DNA of 64,000 nucleotides from Octopus vulgaris (GCA_951406725.2 OX597830.1:56420001-56484000); one strand, 5' to 3'; shown: positions 12,230 through 27,527, counted from the stretch's first letter. A program made the numbers and translations. Notes: generated by a model from the sequence alone, not told the origin.

Positions 12230-15200
12230 CCACAGAATGAGATGCACACACACTCACACAGACACAAACACACAAAATCACATACACGGAAGCACACAAC
12301 ACACACACACACACACACACAATCCACACACAGACACACAGAAACATCATCATCATTTAACGTCCACCTTCCATGCTGGCATGTATACACAAAATCAAAC
12401 ATTGGAGGCACATACATACACAGCCAGACACGTACACAGATATACATGTACAGATACAGGGATGCAGACCCACACAGACACATACATCCACACTGACACA
12501 AACTAAGACACACACTAATATACCAGATATGCACACACACACACACATACACAGATATGCATATACAGACACATCAACACAGACCCACAAAACAACACAA
12601 ACACACACATAAACAGACATACAAACACACATATGATACATGTGTACAAACACACAAGCGCATGCACAAAAACACACACGAGCACACACAATGTTTCTTT
12701 TCAATATTTCCCATTACTCAACCAATAAAACCAGAAAAGACAGCCAGTGGTTGCTTTTTTTTTCTCGATAGATTATCAATGTCAGATTGTAGTATGTTGA
12801 ACGTCAAACAACAGAGGTGTGTAAAACATGAAATGTCAGTGAGCAAGCAGAGAGAGAGAGAGAGAGAGAGCTAAGAGCAAGTGAAACAACATCTTGGATA
12901 TTTCAATCTTGTGCATAAGCATGATGGATAGGTTTGCATTAATGTATATATGCAGCCTTTGAGGATTGTGGGTGATCAGTTAATAACTGTGTGTTAGATT
13001 GTCTGCTTCAATGTTCCCTGTTTGTGGGGGGAAATTAATATTTCTTGTGTTAGTGAGTGTGAGAGAATAGTTTCTGAATGAATAAGGAAGATAATCCACA
13101 GAACAAACCAAGAACAATAAAAAAAAACAACAGAAGTAAGATAAAAGTTCTTTCCACTATAACATTGGCACAAGGCCTGAAACTCTTTAAACTTTTTAGC
13201 ATTCAGCTTATTCTGTCTAATGTAATACCTTTTTACTCACATTGTTTTGAATTACTCTTTGTGTTGAGGTTTCAATGATATGTTTGTTTATTTGTAATGA
13301 CATTGGAGGGTAGGTGTGAGAGGCTAAATACAGCCAGCATGAATGTATAACAGATATAGAATCTGAGCTGGATAAGGCTAGTTTAAATACTAAATGGCTA
13401 AGGAAAGGAACAACCAATTAAATTGGTTCTGGAAACCTTGAAAGAAGGTCATGAGAAATGCCTCTTTCTCCTGAATAAGAAACAATACAGAAAATAATTC
13501 TATTTTCTTCCATACCCTCCATATTTTGCTTCTTCCTTTTTATTTCTTCTACCCTTGAAAAAGATTCACTAAAAAAATCAGACAAGCTGACGCCTGTCAA
13601 CCATGACCTTTTCTTTATATTTCGGCAGAAAAAAGAAGAAAAAGAATTTGTTTTGTAAAAGCATAACAGCAATTAAATAAAGGGTGTGCTTGGTATTCAT
13701 AGATGTTATTCAAAGCAAATACAAATGCTCAGTCTACTGAGAGGGGCTAGTTAATTACGTGGACACCAGTGCCCAACTGGTACTTATTTCATTAAACCCG
13801 AAAGGATGGAAGGCAAAATTGACCTTGATAGTATTTGAACTCAGTACGTAAAGAGGGAGGAAATGCCACTAAATAGTTTGTCCAACAGGTTAACAATTCC
13901 ACCTTGGTAATAATAATAATAATAATTTCAAATTTTGGCACAAGGCCAGCAATTTCAGGGAAGTAGGTAAGTCAATTGCATTGATCCCAGTGTTCAACTG
14001 GTACTTATTTTATTGACCCTGAAAAGATGAAAGGCAAATTTGACCTTGGTAGAATTTGAACTCAGAACATAAAGACTGATGAAATGATGCTAAGCATTTT
14101 ACCAGGCAAGGTCAATAAAATCCACCCCAGTCTTTGACTGGTACTTCATTTAATCAACCCTGAAGGGATGAAGTGTGAAACTGGACTCAGTGGCAGTTAA
14201 ACTGGAACACATATACTGAATGGCAGTGCCCCAGCATGGCCACAGCTCGTAAGCTGAAATTGGATGAAATGAAATGATACCAGAGCAATTTATATGGTGC
14301 TCTCACACTACTTGTCTAGAATTTGAACCTAATACTGCAATAATTTACAGTTAAAAGGGCCTACAACAGTTCAATATCCTGCTGATAAACCTGAGGGATT
14401 TACATGGAGTAGATACAAATGTCGTCAAGAAATAACAGGACATTCTACTATTTGAGGTCCTGGATGACCATATGTTGCAGCAAGAAGCACAAACAAGGTA
14501 GCAGTATCAAATTCCCTCAGTCATAACAAAATAACAAAAAGGAAATAAAAATCTACAGAGGAAGGGCTGTAGAAAGAGTAGGAACAATACCAGCAATACT
14601 CCAGCATGGTCACAACCCAAGGGCTGCAACAGGTAGAAAGAAAACAGTAAAAGAGAGCACACACACACATACACTCACTCACTCATGCACATATGTGTGT
14701 GTATGCAGGTATATATGAGTGTTAATGTATATGAATATGTATGTGTGTATGCCTGTCTAAGTATATATGATTAAGACGCAGATTCTGCAAACCACATTTC
14801 AGGTTCCCCCACTCCATCTGAGAATAAAAATTGATACAGAGCGACAGGGGACTCATTCTATGCTTGCTACAACATCTCCTGTTCTGGGGGACACAATAGA
14901 ATGCACACACTCCACAAACAAAGACACATAACAATAACGACAACAGAAGCAACTATAAGGTTGGCCAGATGTTACATGTTGTGAGCGCCAGATGGTGAAG
15001 GATTGTGAGGAGTGACAAAACCTGTCGGAACCATGCCAGATTAAAAGAAAAAGGAAAAAAAAAAAAACACTCCAACCCACTCTTTCCAGAGATTTTACAA
15101 TAACAAGGAAAATATTTGAAAGTAAGAACTCCTCAGTGAAAAAGAAAGGAAAAATATGAGAATGCTCAATACTGAATGTAGAGTGTTGAAATATAGTTGC

Positions 15201-16378
15201 TAAAATTGAAACTTAAAATTTTGTGGCAGAATTTCATGTCTGATATCATTATACAAATTTTGAATAATGAACAGAGAAACTGTTAATAAGAATATTCAGA
15301 TCATCATCATCATCATCGTTTAACGTCCGCTTTCCATGCTAGCATGGGTTGGACGAATGACTGAGGTCTGGTGAACCAGATGGCTGCACCAGGCACCAAT
15401 CTTGAACTAGCAGAGTTTCTACAGCTGGATGCCCTTCCTAACACTCAACCACTCCAAGAGTGTAGTGGGTGCTTTTATGTGCCAATCAGGCGGCACTGGC
15501 AATGACCTCACATGAATCTTTTACACATGCCACCGGCACAGGTGCCAGTAAGGCGATGCTGGTAACGATCCAGTCACAGAATATATCACCATCATCATCA
15601 TCGTTTAACACCCGTTTTCCATGCTAGCATGGGTTGGACAGTTCGACTGGGGTTCCACATAATAAGCACATGCTGGTGCCACGTAAAAGTGCTTGTGCCG
15701 ATGTTATGTTAAAATATATGTGGTAACAAAAAGAACATTAACTTTTGAACACTGATAGAAATCATTCTCCACACATAAAACAGCCTACAATGTGTGTGTG
15801 TGTGTGCACATGTGCATGTGTGTATGAGAGAGAGAGGAGTGAAGAAATGTGAACAGAAATTGCAACAAAAAAAATGTCAGAAACTCCTCACTGCAAAATT
15901 TCCTATGGCAGATTTGTCTTTTGAAATTATGTAGCAAATGTTTAGCCTTATGCAAACAATTACAAAGAATGAAATTTCTTGCATAATTGCTGTTCCTATG
16001 CAATGAAAACATTAAAACCTTTTTTTTTTGGTTAAACAAAGGTAGCAGATCTACCAGGTTTGAAAGAAGGTGCAATATTAAGGATGGACCAAGCGTATCA
16101 ATGACATTGTCAACAACTTTTCTCTCAATTGTTAAATACTGATTGTTCAATGTCTGCTTATCAATTCTCGAATGGGTTGGACAAGGATTATTTGAAGCAA
16201 TGCTTTACGGCTGGATGCCCTACCTGTCACCAACCCTTGCTTGAGGAATATATTGTATTTCATTGGTCTTTGAGAGAGCAGCAAAACCTATTGCATATCA
16301 ACAAGGTATGTAAACATAATGCGACAGTATCAAGAGAGATTGTAACTATGAAGAAAGTAGTTTGAAAGTGATTCTTAC

Positions 16379-16509
16379 CTTATTACCTTGGGCATTGAAT
16401 AGGGTACGGGTGACCTTTGAGAAACAGCCAGGCTGTCGTAGCAGAGACAATGGCTGGTGATGGCCCCACTCCCACATGCGGACACTGCCATCAGTGCTCC
16501 CGGTCAGAT
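16379..16509 (-). CDS. DMXL2: DMXL exon (YLTGSTDGSVRMWEWGH...LFNAQGNK)
   Basis: atacag / gtaaga; 131 nt; WD40 repeat. Confidence 0.95.
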
Positions 16510-16804
16510 CTGTATAAACAACAACATGTTTAGTGAAACAAGGAATAACAGACGATACAATAGTCTTGTGTTTACAACAAGCATTTCAAAAGCCACATAT
16601 TTCATTGTGTGTGAGTGTATGTACATGTGAGTGTGTGTGTGTATACACACACACACACACATAAGAAAATGAAATCACAAAGGAATAAACGATCATCATA
16701 TGAACTTCAGTAGCTCACAACTGTTTCGGTTATCAAATACAGTGAACTTGTAGTTGAGTTCAGTTCTACACAAGGTCATTTGTTTTGCAATATCTAAGTG
16801 AAAT

Positions 16805-17068
16805 ATCATCATCATCATCGTTTAACGTCCGCTTTCCATGCTAGCATAGGTTGGACGAATGACTGAGGACTGGCAAACCAGATGGCTGCGCCAGGCTCCA
16901 ATCTTGATCTGGCAGAGTTTCTACAGCTGGATGCTCTTCCTAACGCCAAACACTCCGAGAGTGTAGTGGGTGCTTTTACGTACCACCGGCATGGGGGCCA
17001 GTCTGGCGGTACTGGTAACGACCTCGCTCGAATGTTTTTTCATGTGCCAGTAAGGCGACACTGGTAAA
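16805..17068 (-). mobile_element. Short RTE 3'-end copy (same family at about 15300-15570, 21040-21315 +, 45665-46010, 49207-49380, 49950-50195, 54990-55354 +)
   Basis: catcatcgtttaacgtccgctttccatgctagc...ctacagctggatgcccttcctaacgcc matches the 3' UTR end of the RTE at 35078-35280. Confidence 0.8.
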
Positions 17069-17324
17069 TATATATAAAAAATATCATCATCATCGTTTTA
17101 ACATCCACTTTTTCATGTTCACATGGATTGGAAGGAATTCATGAAGCCAGATCTTATACAGCGAAATGCCCTTCTTGCCTCGTCTGTTTCCATGCAAAGT
17201 AATATTTCTCCTTGGCCTAACACGTTTTCAAGGAAGACTGGAAACAAAAGACAACACTTGTATGATGATGACATTCATTTACAACTACCATACCACGTCA
17301 AGACTAGGAGACAGTAGCACACAA

Positions 17325-17377
<53 letters not shown>

Positions 17378-17691
17378 CATCATTATCGTTTAACATCTGC
17401 TTTTCTTGTTGTCATGGGTTAGACAGTCTGACTGGAACTGGTAAGCCAGAGAGCTTCACCAGGTTCTAGTTTGATTTGATTTGGATTGTACGGCCTTCCT
17501 AACTCCAATCACTCCAAATGGCACAGCTACCATTTACATGACACTGGCATGGGCACGACGACAATCTCACAGGTGCCCTTTATATGACACTGGCATCAGC
17601 CATGACTACAATTTCACAGGTGCCCTTTACATGACATCAATAATGGTCACAACTACAATATCACTTGGTTTTACTGGTATCGGCTACATAT

Positions 17692-18098
17692 ACTCTTTTC
17701 TCTCTTTTACTTGTTTCAGTCATTTGACTGCGGCCATGCTGGAGCACCGCCTTTAGTCGAGCAAATTGACCCCGGGACTTATTCTTTGTAAGCCCAGTAC
17801 TTATTCTATCAGTCTCTTTTGCCGAACCGCTAAGTGACGTAAACACACCAGCATCGGTTGTCAAGCAATGCTAGGGGGACAAACACACACACACACAAAC
17901 ATAGACACACACACTTATATATATATACATATATACGACAGGCTTCTTTCAGTTTCCGTCTACCAAATCCACTCACAAGGCATTGCTAGGCCCGGGGCTA
18001 TAGCAGAAGACACTTGCCCAAGATGCCATGCAGTGGGACTGAACCCGGAACCATGTGGTTGGTTAGCAAGCTACTTACCACACAGCCACTCCTGTGCC
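17692..18098 (-). mobile_element. tRNA-derived SINE family B with internal (CA/TA) microsatellite (other copies 34647-35049 -, 31645-32035 +, 52259-52680 +, plus partials)
   Basis: Head GGAGTGGCTGTGTGGTAAG...GGGTTCAGTCCC (A/B boxes), CORE-like CTTGGGCAAGT, tail GACTGAAACAAGTAAAAGAG. Confidence 0.82.
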
Positions 18099-19800
18099 AC
18101 ATATATATATTATCGAGCACCTTTTCTCAAAGTATGCGCTTTGTTTGTTCACTGCAGTATAGCTCCCTCATCATGCTGGGTGTTAAAACACCTGAAAGTC
18201 ATAGACAGGCTGTTTATGAATCTCAGGTGTTTTAACACCCAGCGTAATGAGGAAGTCGTCTCCCCCACCGCAGCGAACTGACAAACAAACAAAACACATA
18301 CATTGTGTATGTGCAGCTGATAATGTTTACAACACTAGCACTTCTTTTAATTTGATACTGAACACACACACACACAAACACACACATGCGATTGTGTGAT
18401 GGGTTTCTTTCAGTTTCCCTTCTACCAAATCCACTTGTAAGAATTTGGGCAGCCTGGGGCTGTAGTAAAATACTCTTTTTCCAAGATGCCATGTAGTGGC
18501 GCCTACATTCATTTTATGATAATACAAAACCACTGCACCTCTATGCATTGCTTTCATTATCTCACCATGAATACAGAAATACAAAGTATGAAGAGCAGTT
18601 TGATTGCCAACTTTTATAAGACACAAAAGAAAGAGTTCAGGGTCAAACCAACTCGTCGAGCAGAAACATGACTACTTAAAAACTTCTCAATGCACCCATT
18701 GTTTTCTAAAACCAATTTTAGTAGTGAAACTTCAAAGTAAACAGTCACTATTTATATCTGCCATTATCACCACCGTTTTAAAGCCTACTTTTCCGTTGCT
18801 TACTTGGCTTAAATGGAATTCGTTGAATCAGATTTTCTACAGCAGGATGTCCTTCCTGCTGCCAACCCTCAAGTGTTTCCAGGCACAGTATTATTTCTCA
18901 TGGCCAGCCATTTTTTTCATGGAAGATTGGAAATGAGCAACCTCACTTATATGATAGTGATACCCATTTACAACCACCACAAGGTCGAGACAAGGGTACA
19001 TACACACATACACATGCAATATTGTATTGAAAATTCAGCTGAGTTTTAATTTCATCTGTTGTATCTGGCCCCTCCCCTCTCAAAGGCTCCTTGTCTTGCA
19101 AGTTATCTGGTGACTCTGCCAGTGCTGGTGCCACGTAAAAAGCACCCAGCCCACACTGTAATGTGATTGGCATTTGGAAGAGCATCCAGCTGTAAAAACC
19201 AAGCCAAAACTGACCTCACCTGTGCTGGTGCCATGTAAAAAGCAATCAGCCCACTCAGTGGGGTGGTTGTTGTTAGGAAGGGCATCCAGCCATAAAAGCC
19301 ATGCCAAAACAGACATAAAAGTCTGGTGCATTCTTCTGCTTAGCTGGCTCCTGTCAAACCATCCAACCCATGCCAACATGGAAGGCAGATGTTAAACAAT
19401 GATGATGATGATGATATCAATGTTTTCTTCATATTTTCATGTGAGTACATTGCAGTTTGTTTTAACTGTAACGTTCCAAATCTGTGATCAATGTTCTAAG
19501 ACTAACATGGTCTTATCTTCTGGATGAAGTCATGTTGGTGTGTGTTGCTGGTTTTGTATTACTTGGTATGACTAATGCAGTGTAGTGTAGTGTAGTGTAG
19601 ACAATGCCACTGGAGTTTGAATTTTAACAAGGACAAAAGGAAAGGAAGTTGATTGTACACCTGTTATCATTGGATCGATCTGAATATGAAATACTAGCCG
19701 ATTTGATTGTCACATTAGAAGAGTGTGTATATGTGTATGTGCATATATTTGTGAGCTGCAAAAAGTAAAGAGTAACAAAAATCAGAAATGACTGACTTAC

Positions 19801-19861
19801 AGTGAGGTAGATGGGGGTGAGCTCCAATTCTTCTGACACCAGTGACATTTCTCTGAATTAT
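19801..19861 (-). CDS. DMXL2: DMXL exon (IIQRNVTGVRRIGAHPHLPH)
   Basis: catcag / gtaagt; 61 nt; first strand of the C-terminal WD40 domain. Confidence 0.9.
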
Positions 19862-22259
19862 CTGATGAGTCAGAGAGAGAGCAAGAGAGTGATAAAGAGA
19901 GAGAGAGAAGAAAAGACGGAAACATTTCATTAAATCACCTTCACTGAATTATCAACATGCAAATACAACATGGATTTCTAATTAGCATACTATTACAGAT
20001 GACATATATTGTAAAATAGGTCAATTTATAGAAAAAGAAAGAACAATGAGAATTATTGAGATTGAAAAAAAAAAAAAAATGCACTCATACAAAATGGCTG
20101 ACATTGTGTTTTGTTTAAAAAAAAAAATTTTAATGTCTAGAAATTAGAGAAGAAATAAAAATGGCAAATGACCATGGCATTTAATTATTCTACTGGAAAT
20201 TGAAATGGAAATGAAATTCATGGATTTTTTTTTTTGATTGTGAGAAAAAATAAAATAACAAAGAAAAAGCTAAGAAGATAAAACTAAGATAATGTCTGTC
20301 TGAAAAACTAAGAACCACAAAAACTACTTAGGTTTTAGTTGAACAACTGACAAATGTGATGACAGAAATGAGATGCAAAGTTAAAAGAAAGCTACAAAAA
20401 CTGTTTGGAATAGCCAAACAAAAACAACAAAAATATTGGTGAAACTATAAAGAAAACATTCAGAAAAGAAATTCTAATCTCTAAGCCATGAATTGTCACT
20501 GAAATACCACAACAATTTTGGAGACCACGACAAAAAAATCCCAGGTATTGCTCTTCTGTCTCTGAACAAAGCCATAAAAGGAGTAGTCACTGTTAAACAG
20601 ATGAAAATAATATTTGCTATTCCAGAGCTTGTATTCCATATCTCTTTTTCTATAAACTTTTTTAAAAATTTAAATATAATTTGTCAAAATATTTTCGTCG
20701 CTTTGAGACCGCGACCTGTTCACTGACAAAACTTCGTGTGTGATGTTTTGTCAGTGAACAGGTCGCGGTCTCAAAGCGACGAAAATCTTTTTTAAAATAT
20801 TTAGTAAAATTGTCAAGATTGGAGAAAGTTTGTTATAGGGAGATCTGAGCACTGCTGCACTATGAAAAGTTTGCTGTTAGAAGATGTAGAAATGACTGTC
20901 TTCAGTAACGTTTGTCAAGTGTTGTGAGATGTAAGCACTGCTATGTTGAGTAAATTTTGGCTGCTATTGGGAGATGTGATCACAGCTGACCTAAATAAAA
21001 ATTTGTCTTCTGTTGGAAGATGTGAGAATTTGAACATATTGCCAGCCTACCCTGGCACCTGTGCCGGTGGCATGTAAAAAGCACCATCCGTATGAGGTCG
21101 ATGCCAGCGCTATCTTGACTGGCTTCCGTGCAAGTGGCACGTAAAAAGCACCCACTACACTCATGGAGTGGTTGGCGTTAGGAAGGGCATCCAGCTGTAG
21201 AAACACTGCCAGATCAGACTGGAGCCTGGTACAGCCTCCTGGTTCTCAGACCCTGGTCAAACCGTCCAACCCATGCTAGTATGGAAAATGGACGTTAAAC
21301 GATGATGATAATGATTACTATCTCTTACCATAATGATTGACTTTTGTACATGGCTTGCATAGCTCTCACAAACCATTCATCTAGTGCTTAGCTTCCTTAG
21401 AGACCACCAGACTACAGAACCTCGAACCCTGAGAAATGCCTTTCTCCTGGCTGATGAATGCTCAGTATTGTGACTTACCCCTGGCTATTACTTCTAGGAA
21501 TATGTCATCACCTCTTCCTTGTACAAAGTCAAACTTCATCTCATCTGGACAACTACTGTATCTAATCAGTTATGCTATAACTCTTTCCATAGTTTTCATC
21601 ACCTGATCCAACAATTTTGATACCTCTGTAGTCAGCTTCCTCTCTTTATATATCTATTTTGCAGGCTGGAAGAGACCTCATAGCTGGCTCTCCCACACCA
21701 GATGACTGGATGTGATTGGGGGAGATCTCTAGAGGCTCAACGTCACCTTGGAGGTTGCAGAGGGGCTGGTACCGGACTGCTAGCGATGGAGAGCACATGT
21801 GGACCTGAATGGCTCTACACATGATGACAACTCTGAAACTATCAACATGGGATGATCTCAGCCTCATCAAGCAAGAAGGAAACTAGTTCAGAATGATATT
21901 ACTTCACCAGTCATTAAGTAAGACATCTCACTGTATTATCTGGTTAACTATACAAGTGACTCCCACGGGACTTATTGTGACAGATATTTCAAGTGTCACA
22001 GCAACTATTCTTCACAGTCTAGTCATTTTCCTTGTCTTCAAACTTTAACCCTTTAACATTAAGATTTATCAGATGTAATGGCCATTGATTCACATTAAAT
22101 TTAACCATGCTTTATCTTGTAGCTTTTAGATTTCAATGATGCAATTGCTTATTTTTACAATGACAATGTTGGGTAGGTGTGAGAGGCTGGAGCTGGCCAG
22201 TTTGAACATAAAACAGGTAAAATATTTGGGTTGAATATGGTTAGTTTAAATGCTGAAGA

Positions 22260-23240
22260 CTTAATTGCACAGGTGACCATTGTCAACTGGAATGGCTTAA
22301 TTGTACAGGTGACCATTGTCAACTGGAATGGCTTAATTGTACAGGTGACCATTGTCAACTAGAATGGCTTAATTGTACAGGTGACCATCGTCAACTAGAA
22401 TGGCTTAATTGTACAGGTGACCATCGTCAACTAGAATGGCTTAATTGTACAGGTGACCATTGTCAACTAGAATGGCTTAATTGTACAGGTGACCATTGTC
22501 AACTAGAATGGCTTAATTGTACAGGTGACCATTGTCAACTAGAATGGCTTAATTGTACAGGTGACCATATTATTGTCAACTAGAATGGCTTGATTGTACA
22601 GGTGACCATTGTCAACTAGAATGGCTTAATTGTACAGGTGACCATTGTCAACTAGAATGGCTTAATTGTACAGGTGACCATTGTCAACTAGAATGGCTTA
22701 ATTGTACAGGTGACCATTGTCAACTAGAATGGCTTAATTGTACAGGTGACCATTGTCAACTAGAATGACTTAATTGTACAGGTGACCATTGTCAACTAGA
22801 ATGGCTTAATTGTACAGGTGACCATTGTCAACTGGAATGGCTTAATTATACAGGTGACCATTGTCAACTAAAATGGCTTAATTGTACAGGTGACCATTGT
22901 CAACTAGAATGGCTTAATTGTACAGGTGACCATTGTCAACTGGAATGGCTTAATTGTACAGGTGACCATTGTCAACTAGAATGGCTTAATTGTACAGGTG
23001 ACCATTGTCAACTGGAATGGGTTAATTGTACAGGTGACCATTGTCAACTGGAATGGGTTAATTGTACAGGTGACCATTGTCAACCGGAATGGCTTAATTG
23101 TACAGGTGACCATTGTCAACCGGAATGGCTTAATTGTACAGGTGACCATTGTCAACCGGAATGGCTTAATTGTACAGGTGACCATAGTCAACCGGAATGG
23201 CTTAATTGTACAGGTGACCATTGTCACCTGGAATGGCTAA
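22260..23240. repeat. 36-bp minisatellite, about 27 copies
   Basis: Unit gcttaattgtacaggtgaccattgtcaactagaatg. Confidence 0.95.
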
Positions 23241-23264
23241 TATCTCTGTTGGGTCAACTTGAGG

Positions 23265-23585
23265 TAAATGCTTTCTCCCATTCATTCTCGTCTTTCAGCA
23301 ACTTCTCATAATAGCAATTCCATGCCTCTTTCTTTTTGGCACCATTAAGAACAAGTGTAATGCTATCATTCTGTACACACTTCTCCGTAGCAATATCTCC
23401 ATTTCTAGTACACCACTTTGCAATCTGGAATGCTTCGTGCCTCTCATCTTCACATTGTCGAACATGTGAAAACCTCTTCTTCCTTTGTCAAGTACACTTG
23501 ACATCCAACTTGTCTTCTACTTACCTCATACTGCTCTTTGCTACCCTCTCCTCTTTTTGTCACCTGTCTAGGCCTGTTTCTCGGC
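23265..23585 (-). mobile_element. Internal RTE ORF fragment (pre-RT region)
   Basis: Remnant EKCVQND...KKKEAWNCYYEKLLKDENEWEK. Confidence 0.6.
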
Positions 23586-26500
23586 ACTTATAACTATCTA
23601 CAGTATTATAATACTACCATGTCTGTTTGGCTGGAACTTAACACTTTCTACACAGTCGATCTGTGGCTCTCTGTAGGTTTTCTTATAATTTTATGTGGGT
23701 GTATGTTTACAAACATATATAAATACACACCTCTCTGTGTGTCTCTCTGTCTGTCTATTTATCTAGGATAAATATTAATCAATAGCTTGAAGTTTACACA
23801 CACACACACACACATGTATGTATGAATGAATGTACATACACATGTATGTGTGTATCTATATAAAAAAAATATATATAGATATCAAACAACTCATATATTC
23901 ATTCAATGGGATTTTTTCCTTCTGAAAAATTCACAAATAGCAAAACCCTCCAGAGCGGTACTGTGAGAACTAAATGGAACAATCCAGCTTCTCCTTTTGA
24001 AGAACCGTTTCCCCAGATTATGCCACATACAACAAACATAGGACATAACTTTAGCGGGGCTACTATTCAAATCACATCACTTGTGACCTGTTTTTTTTAA
24101 ATTTGCTAATGCCATGCATAAACAATGGGCCATATTGAGTCCATATGAAATTAGACACCAAACATAGTATTAAAAATGTTTTACAGAAAACCTCCCAAAA
24201 TATTTTAACTGAAAATATCTACATAATGCCAACGATCTAGCTTAAGAAAATATTTAATGAAATTAAAAACCCCTCAATGTATTTTTTCCTTTTCTTTACT
24301 GTTTTTATTTCTATTAAAGATATTAAATAAGAATTTTGATTCTGCAAGGTCAATGAAATAGCGATTGTGTATTTTGAAAGAAAATGATTGAAAGAGAAGA
24401 GTGCTGGGTTGGATAACATTCAAGAATTATACACAAGTGAATCTTTCTCAAGTGTCTCTGTATTATTTAGATTAGCTTCTCAAAATTGATTGTTAAGCTA
24501 CAGTTCATATACGTACGAGGTGTAGTCAAAGAGTATCCGACCTTGAGTTTTTTGCCCAAAAGATGTAGTACTTATTTATTTGCACTACTTTGAATTAATC
24601 ACGCGTTATCTCATAGCTTGGAGATTTTGATGATGTAATTGTACATTTTAAGAAATGATATTGTAGGGTAGGTGTGAGAGTCTGGATCTGGACTGTTTGA
24701 ATATAAATCAGGTAGAATATTTGGGCTGGATATGGCTGGTTTAAATACTAAAGGGGTAGAGAAAAGATTTCTTAAACTATTGCATATTTTTATCTGGTTT
24801 GCATGATTCATGATGGGAATAAGAAACACATGCACTGGTTCTATTTCACTTCTTTTGTTATAATTAGCTAACCATATAACCAATTAACTACTCAGTTGTT
24901 TGATTAATCATTTAGTCAGTCAGTCAATCAATCACATTTGTCAGTCCTTTCATTGCCATTTGTGACTTCAACGAAATACCCTCTTTACCTAATGCAATAA
25001 TGAAGCAAAGCTGTTGGGTGGTTATTCTGATCTAGCAGAACACAATGTTTTTGAGCACCCTGCGAGCTTGGTTGAAGTTTATAATATTTGAGTTTTGTAT
25101 TTGGTTTGTAAATTTCTTGATGTGGATTTGTGTGTTAAAACAGATTTTGTTGTATCTTGGGAAGATCTTTATGCTAATGACATGACCTTTATGCTAATAA
25201 TAAGATCTTTATGCTAATGTCATCAATGGGATAAAGAATGGTGAGGAAATTTTAAATTTATTCTATATCATAATTTAACTGTATGGTTGATGATTCCAAC
25301 AGACCAATCACCAGTTATCCTTGAAATTAACATACAATGCCTGTAATTACACCAACAACAAAGCAACAGGTAAATGAGTATTTCCATATGATCAGTAGAA
25401 ATAGCAGCCACATCTTTTAAAAAATTTTTTTTAAAAACCATAGGATAGCTTAGTCTGAGCTGAATTATGTCATCCAGCCATGGCAAATTCATCTGAAAAG
25501 AGGAGAGAGTCAAGACTAAATGACTTTGATCAGAAACCTGCTCTATCAGGGGATACAGATCTACGACCATACAAAGACAGAAAAAAACAAAAAAACAAAA
25601 CAAAACTAAGCAATGAGACAAGGGAGCCCCTCTGCAGTTGCTAAGAACAGCAATTAAATCTCTTATATCACACTACCATCTTAAAAAACATTTTAAAAGA
25701 AAGGAAGGACACATTAGATAATTAGATAATGTATTCCTATATGCACTATGTCTGAAAGAAAAAAATGATTCCGGTAAAAATACATTTGCATATTAGTTTA
25801 AAACTACTAAAATGAGAAAAAATTTAAAGACATAGGAACAGCAAAAACACACAAAATGCATTCACACAAATATTATTAATTTATTTAGTAGAGTAATGTG
25901 AATTAATTATAATACTGTTAAGTTAAAGAGAATCAATATACACTCAATGTAATAACAATCTATCTATCTATATGTATATATATATGATACAAATAAGAAA
26001 ATGGAGAAACAAATTTAGTTTGTTCATCAACTTTCGGATATTAGAATGTTGAATTATTCATTCATTTAACAAAATGAGAACCTTAATAGCATACATATAT
26101 ATCTTATAATTCAATACATATAAGATAAGAATACAAATTATAAAAATCATAATATAAATTATTGAAATCATTAAATCACTTCTTACAGCTGTTTCAGCCT
26201 ATGGTTAAAAGTAGTTATTTAAATTTTTATTGCCTATAGTTGTCAATATATTGAGGTTGTAGGCATATAAATACAATATGAAAGATTATATAAAAAATGT
26301 CATTAAATACATATGCATACATAAATACATTCAAACACACACACACACACACATGTGTATATATAAGAGTAATAAAGAGAATATATAAAGAACCATACAC
26401 ACATACATACATAAAAACACACATACACACACAGGACTGTGTTCATCTACTTGTGCACTTTCACATACATAAATACACACACACACGCACATATATGTAA

Positions 26501-26660
26501 CAGAATATCCACATGCATTTATACACAAACACACAGAGAATTGTGTTATAGACATAACATGGAGAATATAAGAAACCGTACACATATATTCACATGCAAA
26601 CACAAACATAGAACAATGTCTATCTTTTTAAGGATTTCCATATATACATACATACATATA

Positions 26661-26893
26661 TATTTCTTTATTGCCCACAAGGGGCTAAACACAGAGGGGA
26701 CAAACAAGGACAGATGAACAGATTAAGTCGATTACATCGACCCCAGTGCGCAACTGGTACTTAATTTATCGACCCTGAAAGGATGAAAGGTTTAGTCGAC
26801 CTCGGCGGAATTTGAACTCAGAACATAACGGCAGACGAAATACCGCTAAGCATTTCACCTGGCGTGCTAACGTTTCTGTCAGCTTGCAGCCTT
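26661..26893 (-). mobile_element. SINE family A copy
   Basis: Full-length match to 5871-6105. Confidence 0.85.
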
Positions 26894-27527
26894 ATACAGA
26901 CATACATACATATATATATATACACACACACACATACATAACATTGACAATAAAAGAACCATGTGCACACACACACACACACAGAAGGATTACCAACTAT
27001 TCAAATGCTTTCATGTGCCAGGCAATGCTGGAGGTCAAAAAGTCAAAAGACAGAATTAGTAAAAAAATGGAATTGATAAAAAGGTAAAAAAAAAAAAAGA
27101 CAATATCGAAAGTTCTATTTAAGATTTTTAGAAAAAACAGAAACAAAACAACAAAAATATTAAAAACTGACAAAGACAAAACAAAAACAAAAAAGAAACA
27201 ACAACCCAAAAAACAGACAAACAAACAAACAATAACAAAAACAATGACAAGAACCAGAACACTAACAAAAAGTCGTTCACAAAGAAAATGTAATTCTATG
27301 AAACAAAAATTGTCTAACGAAAGAATATTGCAAAAATATTGAAGAATACTACGCAGTGAAATGAGTGAGAAAGGTGTCTTTGATATTTGCAGAAAGATGC
27401 ACTAAGATATTCCAGGTGTGTCACAGGGGGACTGGGGGAGTGGGGCAGGGGATGGTGGTGGTGGTAGTGGTGCTGACTGTTCAAAACAGAAACAAGTAAA
27501 TAAAACTGTGCTATATACACACACTCA

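Noticed and set aside
22260-23240. 36-bp repeats of CRISPR-like length (also the 35-bp and 33-bp arrays)
   Set aside because: Units are contiguous with no unique spacers, there are no cas genes and the context is a eukaryotic intron
25430-25500. Acceptor followed by MNLPWLDD, resembling the LPWLG linker of vertebrate DMXL
   Set aside because: Wrong position in exon order (the linker is already encoded at 48319-48487), weak donor, and the region resembles a dispersed repeat
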